From: Azolla caroliniana
Lineage: Eukaryota; Plantae; Polypodiophyta
DNA length: 64,000 nucleotides
Direction of reading: 5' to 3'
Assembly (NCBI GenBank): GCA_043228905.1
Contig: JBHGNT010000005.1
Span: 12,896,001-12,960,000 of the forward strand
The stretch's first letter is position 1, and the number at the start of each line of letters is the position of its first letter. A program made the position numbers and the translations under genes. This document shows positions 25,384-37,846 of this stretch, piece by piece. The notes under the pieces were generated by a model, which was not told the origin of the DNA, did no database searches, and saw only the letters and a program-made list of their open reading frames with translations.

Positions 25384-25545
25384 TGATGAGTACCCGGCTA
25401 CGGAGAGCCGGATGATACAGGCCCGGTATGAACCGGATGAGGAGTACCCGGCTACGGAGAGCCGGATGGTGCAGGCCCGGTATGAACCGGATGAGGAGTA
25501 CCCGGCTACGGAGAGTCGGATGGTGCAGGCCCGGTATGAACCGGA
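25384..25545 (+). repeat. 54-bp tandem repeat in the Copia D LTR (3 copies here, 2 copies at about 20638-20745)
   Basis: Unit GAGTACCCGGCTACGGAGAGCCGGATGgTgCAGGCCCGGTATGAACCGGATGAG. Confidence 0.92.
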
Positions 25546-28500
25546 GGAAGAGACATATTCGTAAATATGTTTCTGAGAGCCCATCGAGGCTATATTTGTA
25601 AATAGCCGAAAAGTCCTATTAGTATAAATATGACTTAGGGCAAACTTTTAGCTGAGTGTTGGAGGTTGTTGTTATTCCTTTTCTTGTTGGTGCAAGGAGA
25701 GAGAGAGAGCGCGTAACTGTACAGAGAGAGAGAGAGAGAACGAGGTCGTTGCCTCTATTGTAACCGCTGTCTGTGGCGAAGAGCGTGAGTCCGAGGTCGT
25801 TGCCTCCGAGAACGCACTGTTTTGTAGATTCATACATAGTGACAGTTTGCAGCCTGTGGGCTGCCGTGGTTTTTCCTCCAGTTTGGGGTTTTCCACGTAA
25901 TCTCCTGTGTAGTGTGTGTGTACCATTTCTCTTCTCTGTGTCGTGTTTTATTTCCCGTTTTTCTGTGTATGAAAAGAATCTCGGTTGTGGCCGAGCGTCG
26001 AACATAAGGAACGTTGTGTTCCCGTCAGTATGGATAGGCAAAGATGTATCTTACCGGCATCTGAAGGTGTTTGGGTGTCTCGCATATGTGCATGTGGCGA
26101 AGGACAAGAGAACAAAGCTGGATCCGAAGTCCCGACCATGCATATTCCTTGGATACGGCGATGATGAGTTCGGTTACCGGGTGTGGGATCTGGTTGACAA
26201 GAAGGTGTTCCGGAGTCGAGACATAGTCTTCATGGAAGACAAGACCATTGCCGACTGGGAGTCGGAGAAAAAGATGATCAACTCCGGATCATCCAATGAA
26301 AACTGGTATGAGGACAAAAGGATATACCCAGATGAAAACCGGATGTTAGCCAGTAACCGGATGACCCTCGACAAACCAGCCGGATATGGACAAGAAATTG
26401 AACCGACTGAAGAAGGAGAAGAAGAAGGAGACACCGGAACTAGACAAGATCCCGAATTGTATTCGGATGAGGAATAAACGGAGGAACCGATAGTCAGAAA
26501 CCAAGGACAGAGATATCCTCTCCGAGAGAGAAGAGGCCCCCAGAGATTTCCGGATGTAGAGCATGTGTTGCTAATTGATGAGGGGGAGACAGAAAGCTTC
26601 GAAGAAGCAAAGAGAGACACCCACAACCGCAAGTGGTTGAGTGCCATGCAGGATGACATGGATTCCTTGCATGAGAACCACACATATGAACTGACGGAGT
26701 TACCGAAAGGGAAGAGAGCACTCCGGAACAAGTGGGTGTACAAGTTGAAACCGGGAGATGCCGGAAATCCACCCAGGTATAAGGCCTGAATCGTGGTGAA
26801 GGGCTTCTAGCAGAAGAAAGGAGTGGACTTCGATGAGATCTTTGCCCCAGTAGTAAAGATGACATCCATCCGGACGATATTGGGCATAGCGGCAACCATG
26901 GACCTCGAGGTAAAGCAACTGGACGTCAAGACAACATTCCTCCATGGTGACCTTGAAGAGGAGATCTACATGCAGCAACCGGAAGGATTCATGAAGAAAG
27001 GGAAGGAGCACTTGGTATGCCGCCTGAAGAAGAGCTTATACGGACTGAAGCAAGCTCTCCGGCAATGGTACCGGAAGTTTGACTCTTTCATGATTGATCA
27101 AAGGGTACCACAAAACACAAGCCGATCACTACGTGTTTTGTGAAGAAATTTGATGGAGGAGACTTCTTGATACTACTCTCGTATGTGGATGATATGCTAA
27201 TCTTCGGACAAGACCAAGTCAAGATACAGATGCTGAAGAAGGCTCTGAACCGGACCTTCTCAATGAAAGACTTGGGTCCGGCAAGACAGATATTGGGGAT
27301 GCATATCATCCGGGACCAGTAGAAGAAGCTGTTGTCGTTGTCACAAGAGAAGTACGTGACAAAGGTGCTTCAACGTTTCAACATGTCAGATGCAAATCCA
27401 GTTTGATCGACGCTTCCGACAAACTGCAAGCTATCCGGAAGACAAAGTCTGAGGACAAAGGCGGAGAAGACGGACATGACGAAGATACCATATGCCTCTG
27501 CCGTTGGAAGCTTGATGTACGCGATGGTATGTACCCGACCGGATATCGAATATGCAATCGGAGTGGTGAGCCGGTTCATGAGCAATTCCGGCAAAGAGCA
27601 TTGGAGCGCGGTCAAGTGGATACTTCGGTATCTGAAAGGCACTTCGAGTATGTGTCTCCGGTAATCCCCAACTTGACGGATTGACAGATTCGGATATGTC
27701 TGCTGATGCAGATACTAGTCGGTCTACATCCGGATATATCATGACCTATGCGGGGGGAGCTGTATCATGGTAGTCGAGGCTGCAGAGGACCGTTGCACTG
27801 TCAAGAACGAAAGCGGAGTACATGGTAGTTGTAGAAGCCGGCAAGGAGATAATCTGGATGAAGGACTTCATCGGAGAGTTAGGAATTCAACAGGAAGAAT
27901 ACCGGCTCTACTGCGACAGTCAAAGTGCCATCCACCTTGCAAAGAATGTGGCCTGCCATTCCCGGACGAAACATATCCAGCAGAGGTACCAGTGGATCTA
28001 GGAGAGAGTAGAAGATCAAGAGTTCGTACTGATGAAGATCCACACGGAGGAGAACGGGTCAGACATGCTGACCAAGGTGCTGATAACCGACAAACTGGAC
28101 GCATGCCGAAAGCGGATCAGGTTGGTGAGACATCCCATGCCGGAGTGAAGGGGGAGATTGTTGGGAAATTGGTCCCTTTGGATGGGATCCGGATATGAAT
28201 GGAGAAGACCCGGTGAGAACCGGAAGAGATCCGGAAACCGGATCGGTGAACCCGGTGAGAACCGGAAGTGAAGATAGATTTGTAAATATGTCTTGAATAA
28301 GCACATTGAGGCTATATTTGTAAATAGCCCTAAGTTCATATAACCATAAATATGACTTAGGGCAATCACTTTATGAGAGATTGTGTGCATTGCATATTGT
28401 TGTAATTGTTGTACAGTGAGAGCGATAGAGAGGGAGAGAGAGATACAGAGCGATACTCTATTGTAACCACCACCTGGCGAAGAAACCAAGCTCGGGGTCA

Positions 28501-28924
28501 TTGCCTATGAGTCTCTGTTGTACCCCTTCTCTTCATAGTGATTGTTCGGAGTTTGTGGGGTCCTGTGGTTTTTCCCTATTAGGGTTTTCCACGTAAACAT
28601 CTTGTGTTCACTCTTTAGTTCCCATTTCTCTGTTCTCCATTCTCATTGAAGTGATTCATTACTCGGTTGTGGCTGAGCAATATTCTGCGATTCACATCAA
28701 AATTTTGTTTTAAGGTAAGAAAGTTAACATAAAAAGTGTAAAAAAAACATAAGAATGTTTTGATAACTTACACATTTGTTTGCATTCGTATGGAAAAGAG
28801 TGTTGGTCAATGCATTCAAGTATATTACGTAGTATGATATCATTCATGACATTGAGAAAATTATGTGGTGCATTGACATAATGCTATAACAACATTTGCA
28901 CCTAATTCACCTAGAGTATCATTT

Positions 28925-29255
28925 AGTAATTTACAAACTCCCAAAATTCAAGGGTGTCTTAAGAACTTACACATGGAGTATGCCTATAAAGATATGTTAA
29001 TCCCAATCACACCAATGTTGTACAAAAAACTTTAGATCTAACCACATCCATATGTAACCCATAAATATGAAATTAACTCCTCGGCAATTGATATACAAAT
29101 TGTTGAATCATTTAATAATTTATAAGTAACTCCCAAAATTCAAGGGTGTCTTAGGAACTTATGTTTGAACCATGTCCACCGAGAATGGTTAACATGCTCG
29201 ATGAAATAAATGTTGTCTTGTATAATTATAGCTGATCACATCCATAGGTAACCAA
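28925..29255 (+). repeat. Diverged direct duplication with a period of about 190 bp
   Basis: ACTCCCAAAATTCAAGGGTGTCTTArGAACTTA at 28937 and 29129; CACATCCATA..TAACC follows both copies. Confidence 0.7.
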
Positions 29256-29468
29256 TAAAGAAAACAAACCTTTCATAGAAAAAATAAGCAGAAGAACCTT
29301 CATAGGTCGATCATGCACTCATGATTCAGAATATACAGGGTTCAAATGACAACGTCACACCATATTTGTTTACTTCAGGAGCTTGCATGTTCACATAAAA
29401 CATCCAAAGAAATCACAAATTGTACAATAAAACAAGACTCATACAAAACATTCTTTTCTTCCATAATT

Positions 29469-32400
29469 TCAGGAATCCACATTTTTCGCTCTCACTGATA
29501 CAAAGACAGATCCTTTGTCGCCACGTCCAATACGCAAATCCTTATCTAGAAAGGTCGTATCAATCCAGCTGTGCAACAGAATAGCAAATATATAGTTTTC
29601 TTTTTTTTACTGTACAGTGGCACATATCTAGAAACATACTCATCTGACCACAAATATCTTACCCTTGGGGATTGATCCAGCTCAGTGAAACTATAGGAGA
29701 TGTCCAATCACCAAATATTACCCTAAATTCATCAAATGTTACATCCACTCTAATTGTTTCTTTTCCAGTGGTTTTTGATGGAGCAACTTTTCCTCTGATT
29801 GTAAGGGTGCCTGTCGAATGAAATTCTCTTTGAAAACTCATGAAAAAAGGAACTTGCACAAATTGCCATCCACAAGTACATTATATTTCAGAAATATTAA
29901 CTTCAATGCAAACAAATTTGAACTTTCTGGTTGGAACAAAATTAGAGGCACATACATACATACATATTAGAGGCACAAAATCTGATATTAAGGTATAGAT
30001 TTATCGTAATCTCCTAAAATTTTCGTGGTATTTTCTCATCATTTCCTACTATTTCATGCATGTTGAGGAGGAAACTTGACTCACTAATAAAGAAAGCTTT
30101 CCAAACACTAGTGTTAGCTCTACATCTGAGGTTGGTTAATGATCATGAGATGGGAATTTTAAACACTTGATCAACTATAGCTTACAAGGCAGAGCACACA
30201 TACATTTTGCAGCAGCCTGCTATCGATCTTATTTGACAAGAAGATTCTATTTCTTGCTACTCAGAGAGCCTTCAAAAAGGGAAGATAGTTTGCTCCATTG
30301 CCAAATAGGAAAGTCAGGGTCTATTTGATTATAAAAGATCATACAATCTTCAAATGACACAATGTTGCAAATGGTGGATGCCAAGGACTTATCCCAGTGT
30401 ATGCTGATCAAGCTATGGCTTCATGTACAATAGAATTCAAATCCAATTTCATTTTCTTTGGTGTACTAAAGCATGCTTTCTTAAGATACTTTTCGATTCC
30501 TTGTACCGTAGTTCTCTTTCTACTTTGGGGCTTTAATGTATATATATATACCTCTATCACACCCATGCTGATTCTACAGGCATCAAAACAACCATGCCAT
30601 TCTAATCAATGCATAATACCTGAGAAGTGGGAGAAAACGTGTGAGCAATAATACCGTTTTTTCCAAGAAACGAGAATTCTGCAATGTTTTTGGCAATACC
30701 ATTATCAACATCGATCACCTAAATATTAAAAAAATATTAGCTCTTTCCATGATGTAGAATGTTAATGACCCAAAATAATTTTCCATAATGAAGTTTTTTT
30801 GCATGGATGGGATTGATGTTTCAAGGGACATGATGGAGTCTTATGAATATGTCTGCAAGCTTTGTGTTGGTACATTTATTGTTGAAACGCGACGAGTGTT
30901 GTGAATAAGGTTTGAGAATAAAGATACTGTACAGAATGAACACTCTTTGCTGTAAAGAACATTTGTCTATGTTAAGTATAAATTTTGAATCCTGGTTTTC
31001 ACTTTTTATGCACAAGATGTGTTTAAATGTGTACAATTTTCGTTTTCCAGTCTCACTAGACATACATTGAAATATTTGAACGAATGCTATGTCCTCTCAA
31101 ACTTGTATAACATTTGATATATTGGAGCATTTGAGGAGCCAATCTTAACGGATTGGAATCAGCAGTTGATACTTTTTCCTGTATCGTACAATTGTGTTTT
31201 TATAGAAAAATGATTTTGGAAGTTGACGTCTTTTTGCATAGCAGATTGGTTTTTGCAGAAATCAAGCATTAACAAGCTTTTACTGTTTTCCAAATCTGGT
31301 TTACTAAAAGACCCCTATAGATCAAGATTGAGGACATCATCATCACATGTTCAAAGCTTGTGATAAATTGAGATTGAGTGTTGGATATCATTTTGCAAAG
31401 ATCCTATCTTCTCATATGTTAATGAAAATAGTAGATATCAGTTTGGAGAGGGCCTCTATCCTTTATACTTGAAGGTGGGAATTATGCATGAGATTTTAAA
31501 ACCTAAGAGTAGGTATTATGTATACTGTATACATAATGCATACATATGTGAATGTTGCACAAGGGTAAGAAAAATAGTGGATGCCAGTTTACAAAGGCCT
31601 ATATTTATATGCATTGTGATGAAAATATGAGATTAATTATGGTAGCTTCTTTTGTTGATCAGGGGCAAACCTGAGAACTTCGTATTTGCTTGACGGATCC
31701 AAAAGTTAAAGGCTTAATTCGAGCAAGAAATGGACCTTCTTCTGCCCCGGCGTACTCATCTACAGTAGCCTCTGAGAAAGCCCATGGTTAAAATTGAACT
31801 ATAAAGCATTATCATTATATTGTAGGAATTCACAATATTGCACATCCATCAAGGAAAAATTTCAAAATTAGCCTCTGACATTTCGCCTGGGCAACTGGCA
31901 TGTACAACGTATTACAATGAAATGCAGAAACCATACTTCCACACACGATGATAGCCCACAGTAACAACGGGTAATTCTAACAGAATTAAGGGCTCACATG
32001 TAAAACGTAACTGTTGCAGCAGTGAATCCAAACTATACTTTACATGGATACAATATATAAATTTATAGGGCTCAATAACCATTGTTTAATTTCTTTAAAA
32101 TGGAAATCATCTATTCAAAAATGGCATGCCTTGTTTCTCACACATTAATGCACAATAGATACATATAAAGTGAAGCATGGCTTAGTGACTCTAAAATCAT
32201 CCATTCAAAACATAAAATGTAATCGAAAGAAACAAGCAATACAAACATTCCAACTTCAAAGCACGTTGATCCCAACTCATCATGCTTACTTTTAAACAGC
32301 GGGCAACAGCTTACAGAGAGTTACCATTCACTGCGGCAGTGTATAACAGTGACCAGTAACCAGACAAAAAAGGTGAGTTGACAGGATCCTTGATAGGATT

Positions 32401-33986
32401 CACATTTTCCAAATCCTGAGATAGAAAATTGAATCCTGGTCATTTTTTTGTTCCATGCAAATATGCTTGTGACTCATGTACACATATAAAGAAAGACTCA
32501 CTATTACGGAAACTATCTTTAATATACTTAGGTATGCTAGTTGTCATTAACCCATGGCAACATCGCATTGCCAAAACACCTAACAATTAAAAGTTCCAAA
32601 GCTTTTTAAGCTTCAAAATACTACTTATCAGTGCTGGGAAATTGATTAGTTTTAAACATTCATAAACATTGTATTCAAATACCACCATTGATGGCAATTA
32701 ACTTTATGATCTCCTAAAGAGACGGTCAAACAAGAAACGAGGATCAATCCAGTTCAGTAGCAAATAGAGTGTGTACATTGATCATTTTTAGAATCTGCTT
32801 TCTTTGCTGAGCGGTAGTGTTCTGCAGAGTTCAGACACCTATGTTATTTAACAATTTAAAAGAACATATACCAAATCAAAAGAATCTACTATATCATTAT
32901 AATAATTATGAAGCACCTTTCCTCGGTTGGTATTAGCCACAATACGTACTAATGCCTTTTTTGCGTCCTCAATATCAAATTCATCTGTGAACCCTGCAGC
33001 AGCTTCTGCCTTAAATGCCAATCCTAAGTTATCATCTTTGAAAGATAACATCTTCAACATGTCTTACTTAGTAGTCAAACATATTACAAGTTTGAACCAT
33101 ATATACTATTACCTTGAAACATCTTGATTCCACTACCGTATCTTTTTGACGTTTGGGATGGAAGCTAATAGGTTTAACCATGAACTTTGTTCTCCTATTG
33201 AAGAGCATTGCAGTTTTGAATGGCTGTAAAGTTGGAGGAAAAAATCAATTACCACGGCTTTTGATCATGCAAAGAAAACGAACAGAACAGTATATGAAAT
33301 CTACAAGGACAACATTTACATCTCTTTAGAAACACGAGCTCAATGTACCATGTCTTTTCAGTTAGCATTTAGTTGTGGAATCAATACAAAGATAAGTCGT
33401 GGAATTGATACAAGATTCTAACAAACCCCAGGTTCTAACACTTGTGTTACAGATTATCCTGATTGCAAAGGATCGCAAGAGATTATCCTAATCCTTCTAT
33501 TTGATTTAGCTATGAAATGAAGTGTGTCAACAACCACTACTAGCTCGTTACTACTTACTTTCAAATCTAGGTAGGTTATTTGTAAATTTGATTGTATTAA
33601 GGCAGCACTATCCTGGTTTACGTCCATAGAAGAAACCCTGGTTGACTTTTAGACTACAATCAGAATGAAGTTCTGTACGGCAAGGTAAAGCCTATATATA
33701 TAATAAAAGTAGTGTTGTACGAGAGTACCTAGCAAAAGAGAAACTCTGTCTCAAACAGGTGCACATGAACAGGGTGGAAGATATGTACGATCTGCATGAA
33801 TTCATTCCAATCTCTAATGTTTGCTTACGAGTTTCATGTGGTAGCTGATCAGAATCAGAAAGGAGGAGAGGTTTAACAAATTACATAAAAAGAGAGAGAG
33901 GAAACCTTGTGGTGGTTCCATGCTGCTGATGGAGATGCTTCATTCAATGCAAATGAAGATGCTTCGTTAAACGCCAGACACGCCAT
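29469..33986 (-). CDS. Plastid lipid-associated protein / fibrillin family, 277 aa, 9 coding exons: 33986-33906, 33223-33113, 33009-32917, 32821-32777, 32415-32325, 31771-31671, 30718-30655, 29810-29663, 29568-29469
   Basis: All introns are GT-AG with consistent phases (834 nt total). Motifs: AKKALVRIVANTNRGK, LENVNP...SPFLSGYWSLLYT and GWIDTTFLDKDLRIGRGDKGSVFV. The N-terminus resembles a transit peptide. Confidence 0.88.
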
Positions 33987-33991
33987 TCACC

Positions 33992-34552
33992 TACATACAT
34001 ACATACATACATATATATATATGTATGTATGTAATTCCTTCTCCGTCTGTGAGCGACCGTGTGTCTTGAGGGGGTAGAAACACAAGAAGAAGAAGAAGAA
34101 GAAGAAGAAGAAGGAGGAGGAGGAGGGATATGAGATGATGAGCCGGGGGAAGGGGGGTGTGGACAATAAAGAAATACATATGTTCTACTTCTTGTTATTG
34201 TGGATTGGATTGGATTGGATGGGGGTGTATGTATGTGTGTGTGTGTGTGTGTGCATGTATGTATGTGACCTGGTGCAGACATAATGTATCTCATAATGAT
34301 GAATGATGCTTCTTCACATGTCTCAAGCTCACTCATAATGATGAATGATGCTTCTTCACATGTCTCAAGCTCATTGGCTGGGCTTCACAACAACCCAATC
34401 TTTTGGGAGAGGCCTCGGACAAGAATTAGAATTTTTATCGTCCATAAAGAGGCCAATTTTTACCTATGGGACCAGAGTATACATGTGTTCTTGATGCATG
34501 TCTCCTTCCTAAGAAGGCAAGAGGTGGGGGGAGAGAGAGAGAGAGAGAGAGA
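33992..34552. repeat. Microsatellite-rich 5' UTR/promoter region of the fibrillin gene
   Basis: (TACA)n, (TA)n, (GAA)n(GGA)n, (GGATT)n, (GT)n and (GA)n tracts, plus a 42-bp tandem duplication at about 34290-34373. Confidence 0.8.
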
Positions 34553-35908
34553 AAGGCATGCCTCGATCTATGACTTATTCGCGTCAACACTCGATGAATA
34601 CTCCCTAAGCTTTTCGTTCAGCGCCCAATGCCTTTTCGTTGGATTGTAGTTGTAGACAATATGAAATGATGGGTGCAAAGTTCCGCACGTGTGTGTTACT
34701 CGAGCGGGACCACAGGGGTCTCAGACTTGTGTTTTGCTGTCGATGAAGACTACTTGCTGGGCAAAGGCTCGTTGCCCCTTTTGTAGGGCCGATGGCTTTC
34801 GTTGACCGCAACTCGTCGAGCTTTCGAGCTCACCACACGAGTGAACCGACGAGTACACATGGTGAACGCACAAGGAAAAGAAGAACATACGTTCACGAGT
34901 GCCCATGCGCCTTTATGAGGAGGAGAGGTGCATGCTTTCCCGAAACCTTCACCGTCATGAGACGACCGAATGCACAAGAGAAAAAACAAACACGCAAATT
35001 ATTGGATGGAGGAACAACACAATTTTTTACTATAAGGCTTAGGAACCACATCAAGAGATTACATTGGAAGGTGATTTGAACAAAACACAAGCTCGAATAC
35101 GAGTATGGAGGATAAAAAAAATGGAAGGATCTTGTGGGATGGGGAGGAAGATGTACTCCATATATACTTCAACGGGCCATCATGCAGCCATTTCGAAATG
35201 TCTTTGATCTAGTTAGATGACAAAATGGTTTCTCTCTAGTACGCATTAACTTGTTCATGTAGTCTTGATTAGGTGATTTTGAGATATTGTTGTTGCTTTC
35301 ATTAGTATGCACTCATAAACTCTTTGAAGGCACATGTGTTTATTGGCCTTCTTCAAATATCTAAGAACATTGTAGAGTGCAGGGTTGTGGTCTTAACCCC
35401 CTTAATGATGACGTGGAAATTCATATTGTATTTTGTCTATTTCATTCCATGAGTTTGCTTAACGATTGTCTCTGTGAACGTATGCTCTTTATCTTTTCTC
35501 TATAATTTCTAGAGAACAAAACAATCTCGATTTTATTATCCTCCTCAAAGGACAAATGTGATTTAGTAGACAAAGTTGACATATTGAACAAAATAATGTA
35601 AATTTTTTTATCATCCTCAAAGGGTAAAATATGATTTATTACTCTAAAGTGAAATATTTTCATCGTAGTGCCCCAACACCCACCTCACATCAAATAAAAT
35701 ATGAGCTAGTTATAGGAATAAATACTTCATATGGAGAACAAAGGGATTGGCTCTAACATTTATGGGCAAATGTGATTTACTCGTTTGGAGAGAAATACGG
35801 TCGCGTAGTTCGATGCTACATGTGTTTTATATAAAGTTTAATGTAACATTTATGGGGGAAAGCAATTTGCTCATTTGGAGAAGAATACGGATGTGTAGTT
35901 CGGTGTAA

Positions 35909-36900
35909 TGTAAGAATCTAAGTTTACATTAAGCAGAATTAAGGAGAAAAACAAGGAAGAAAGGGTGTGTTACGGGCATGACCTTATAATATCCCGTGGT
36001 GAGAATTTACCGTAGTATTCTATACACGTGGATAAGTGTGAGGGTTAAACGAGAGTGTAAAGAATGGGAGGATTACTTTTAATCCTCGAGATTGAGACAA
36101 CCCATTAGGCCAAGTGTGAACTTGCTTGGGGGCCTTGGGTCTCGCTATAAATATGAGGCCTAATTACCCTCATTTCATCATCTCTTGACTACGTCGAGAC
36201 TCTATTTCGTGGTGGGTCAACTCTTGTGGCGAGTGCGCCAACACCAGGTACGACTCGATGCCATGGCGGTGGTATAGGACGCTGATCGAGGCTCGAGTCC
36301 GTCTTGATCCCTTCGCTCGAGGGTGGTTGGGTGGCACCCTTCTTTCTCTCTCTCCTTTCTTATTTCATATATATTAGATCATTATCATATGCTTACATTA
36401 GATCATCACTCTAACAGTTGGTATCAAAGCTCATGTTTCTAATGTTTCTTTTGTTGGTTTTTGTTGTCTTCTTGATGGATGGTAATTGATTGATGTGCAG
36501 TTGACCTTGATCCAAATAACAATCAACAAAGGAACTTCGGTAACTCTTTCTTGTTTTTTTTCTATTCTTTCGTCTCCTAATCTAATCATGTATATTCAAT
36601 ATGTTTTTTCTTTATTGATTCAATAAGGTTATAGTGGTAATGGATTGGTTGTATAAAACATATTCATTTGTGTATGATGAGATCAATACCTCAATTGACA
36701 TATATTTGATATGTGATTCGTGTCGTATCCATACGAGGTTAATACCTCAATTGCGTATTACGTTCACATACATATCTTACGTATGCATGTGAGGTCAATA
36801 CCTCGATTTCTATGTAAATGATATGCGTTTGGTGTCGTATACGTAAGAGAATACCTCAATTACTCGCCTATACTCTTACCTTTGCTGTGATTCTTTTTGA
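35909..36900 (+). mobile_element. Truncated LTR retrotransposon 5' end: LTR (about 35909-36416), PBS and leader
   Basis: CTATAAATA near 36145; LTR end CTCTAACA; tRNA-iMet PBS TGGTATCAAAGC at 36419-36430. The left boundary is inferred. Confidence 0.6.
36679..36861 (+). repeat. Array of four hairpin motifs spaced 56, 56 and 53 bp apart
   Basis: GAGGTcAATACCTCAATT core, with AATACCTC at 36685, 36741, 36797 and 36850. Confidence 0.8.
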
Positions 36901-37463
36901 ACCCTAGGGTTAGTGATCGAGTATTTAGAGTATTCGACGACCGGTATGAAGACAGATCCGGATAATCTTCTGCAAAAAAATCCTTTATGGTATGAGCCTG
37001 AACTAGCGAAGACAACCCAGAATACTTCATCTCAAGAAAAAACTCCAAAAATCTTTCAAATTTTAAAACCAATAGGCTTAGTTAGTCTACATTCTAGGAG
37101 ACTCCAATATATTCGAATTTTACTTTTATGGAAATCCCTATCTGTAAAAGTTTCTACTATAGGTAGTGACTCTCCCAAAGGAAACGGTTTTGTTTGTTTG
37201 AAAAGTTTTGTCCTTAAGAGACTTTAGGCGCTTACTAGCTTGATAAGCTCTATCCAGGGAACGATATGAAAAACTACGAAACCATCGAAAAACATTCCAA
37301 TTATATGATCTCATATGTCATTTCGATTTCGGGAGAGGATCCACAAGGTGGAGTATTAATCAAATTAATCTTCATTAATTTACGAATTGTATTATGAAAC
37401 CCGTAGTACCTGTCCTACCCCGATTTGGTTGATTATTTACCTCTTCATCAACTCGGTGGAATT

Positions 37464-37710
37464 TCATAAACCTTCAACCGATATGCGTAGGAAGCAGGCG
37501 AGTTCGGCTTCTTCTTCCTCCATCCCTCCCAGAGTCAAATCCTAATCAATTTGATTTAGAGGTATATTCTGTCTACCCCGGACTCTTAGATAGAGGCTTC
37601 GGCAGGGGTAGGGACCTTCTCGGACATCCAACCCACCAGCCTCTACGTCTTTCAGTTGGAGATTGATGCGAATGCGACGACTAGTTCTGGGAAAGCCCCA
37701 TCTACGCTTG
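37464..37710 (-). pseudogene. ycf4: NUPT fragment, ycf4 3' end
   Basis: RWGFPRTSRRIRI...DVREGPYPCRSLYLRVRGRQNIPL...MEEEEAELACFLRISVEGL*. Confidence 0.8.
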
Positions 37711-37846
37711 ATTGATTATAAAATCGGTCTACTCAAGTCCATGGAAGACATAGCCGATCAGAATTGATACTCTTTTTTTTATTTTTATATTACAGGTTTC
37801 ACTCTTTCCTTCCCTTCCTTCAGCAAGATATTTTGGTGGATAAAAG

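Larger units (their letters stand above)
20582..26027 (+). mobile_element. Copia D (Tork/Tto1-like, same family as B), full length
   Basis: LTRs 20582-21228 and 25328-26027; TSD GTATG; PBS TGGTATCAGAGC at 21231; PPT GAAGGGGGAG. Confidence 0.96.
17392..28148 (+). pseudogene. gag-pol of Copia B (gag duplicated, integrase interrupted by Copia D, many stops)
   Basis: MEESFGGMFKLTGSNY..., CCHC knuckle, LVHTDVC; the integrase frame resumes at 26028 (VWIGKDVSYRHLKVFGC); RT/RH ends at HPMPE*. Confidence 0.88.
11146..28699 (+). mobile_element. Copia B (Tork/Tto1-like), outermost and oldest element of the nest
   Basis: 5' LTR 11146-17362 (split by Copia C); 3' LTR 28159-28699; TSD AAATT at 11141-11145 and 28700-28704; PBS TGGTATCAAAGC at 17366; PPT GAAGGGGGAGA before 28159. 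Confidence 0.9.

Noticed and set aside
25370-25564. Repeat protein (EEYPATESRMVQARYEPD)n
   Set aside because: By-product of a 54-bp LTR repeat; the homologous repeat in Copia E is 28 bp and does not preserve frame.
33944-34649. ORFs in the fibrillin upstream region
   Set aside because: Translations of microsatellites (poly-S, HT, ER repeats).
36280-36320. Hammerhead ribozyme (retrozyme) core at CTGATCGAG in the orphan LTR
   Set aside because: It does not match CUGANGA and no GAAA follows a stem II.
36679-36861. CRISPR-like repeat-spacer pattern
   Set aside because: Eukaryotic retroelement context, no cas genes, only an 18-nt degenerate repeat, and spacers 1 and 3 are homologous, so it is a diverged tandem repeat.
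36899-36913. Head-to-head telomere-like AACCCTAGGGTT at the NUPT border
   Set aside because: A single short palindrome that is common in plant repeats; insufficient evidence for telomere healing or fusion.
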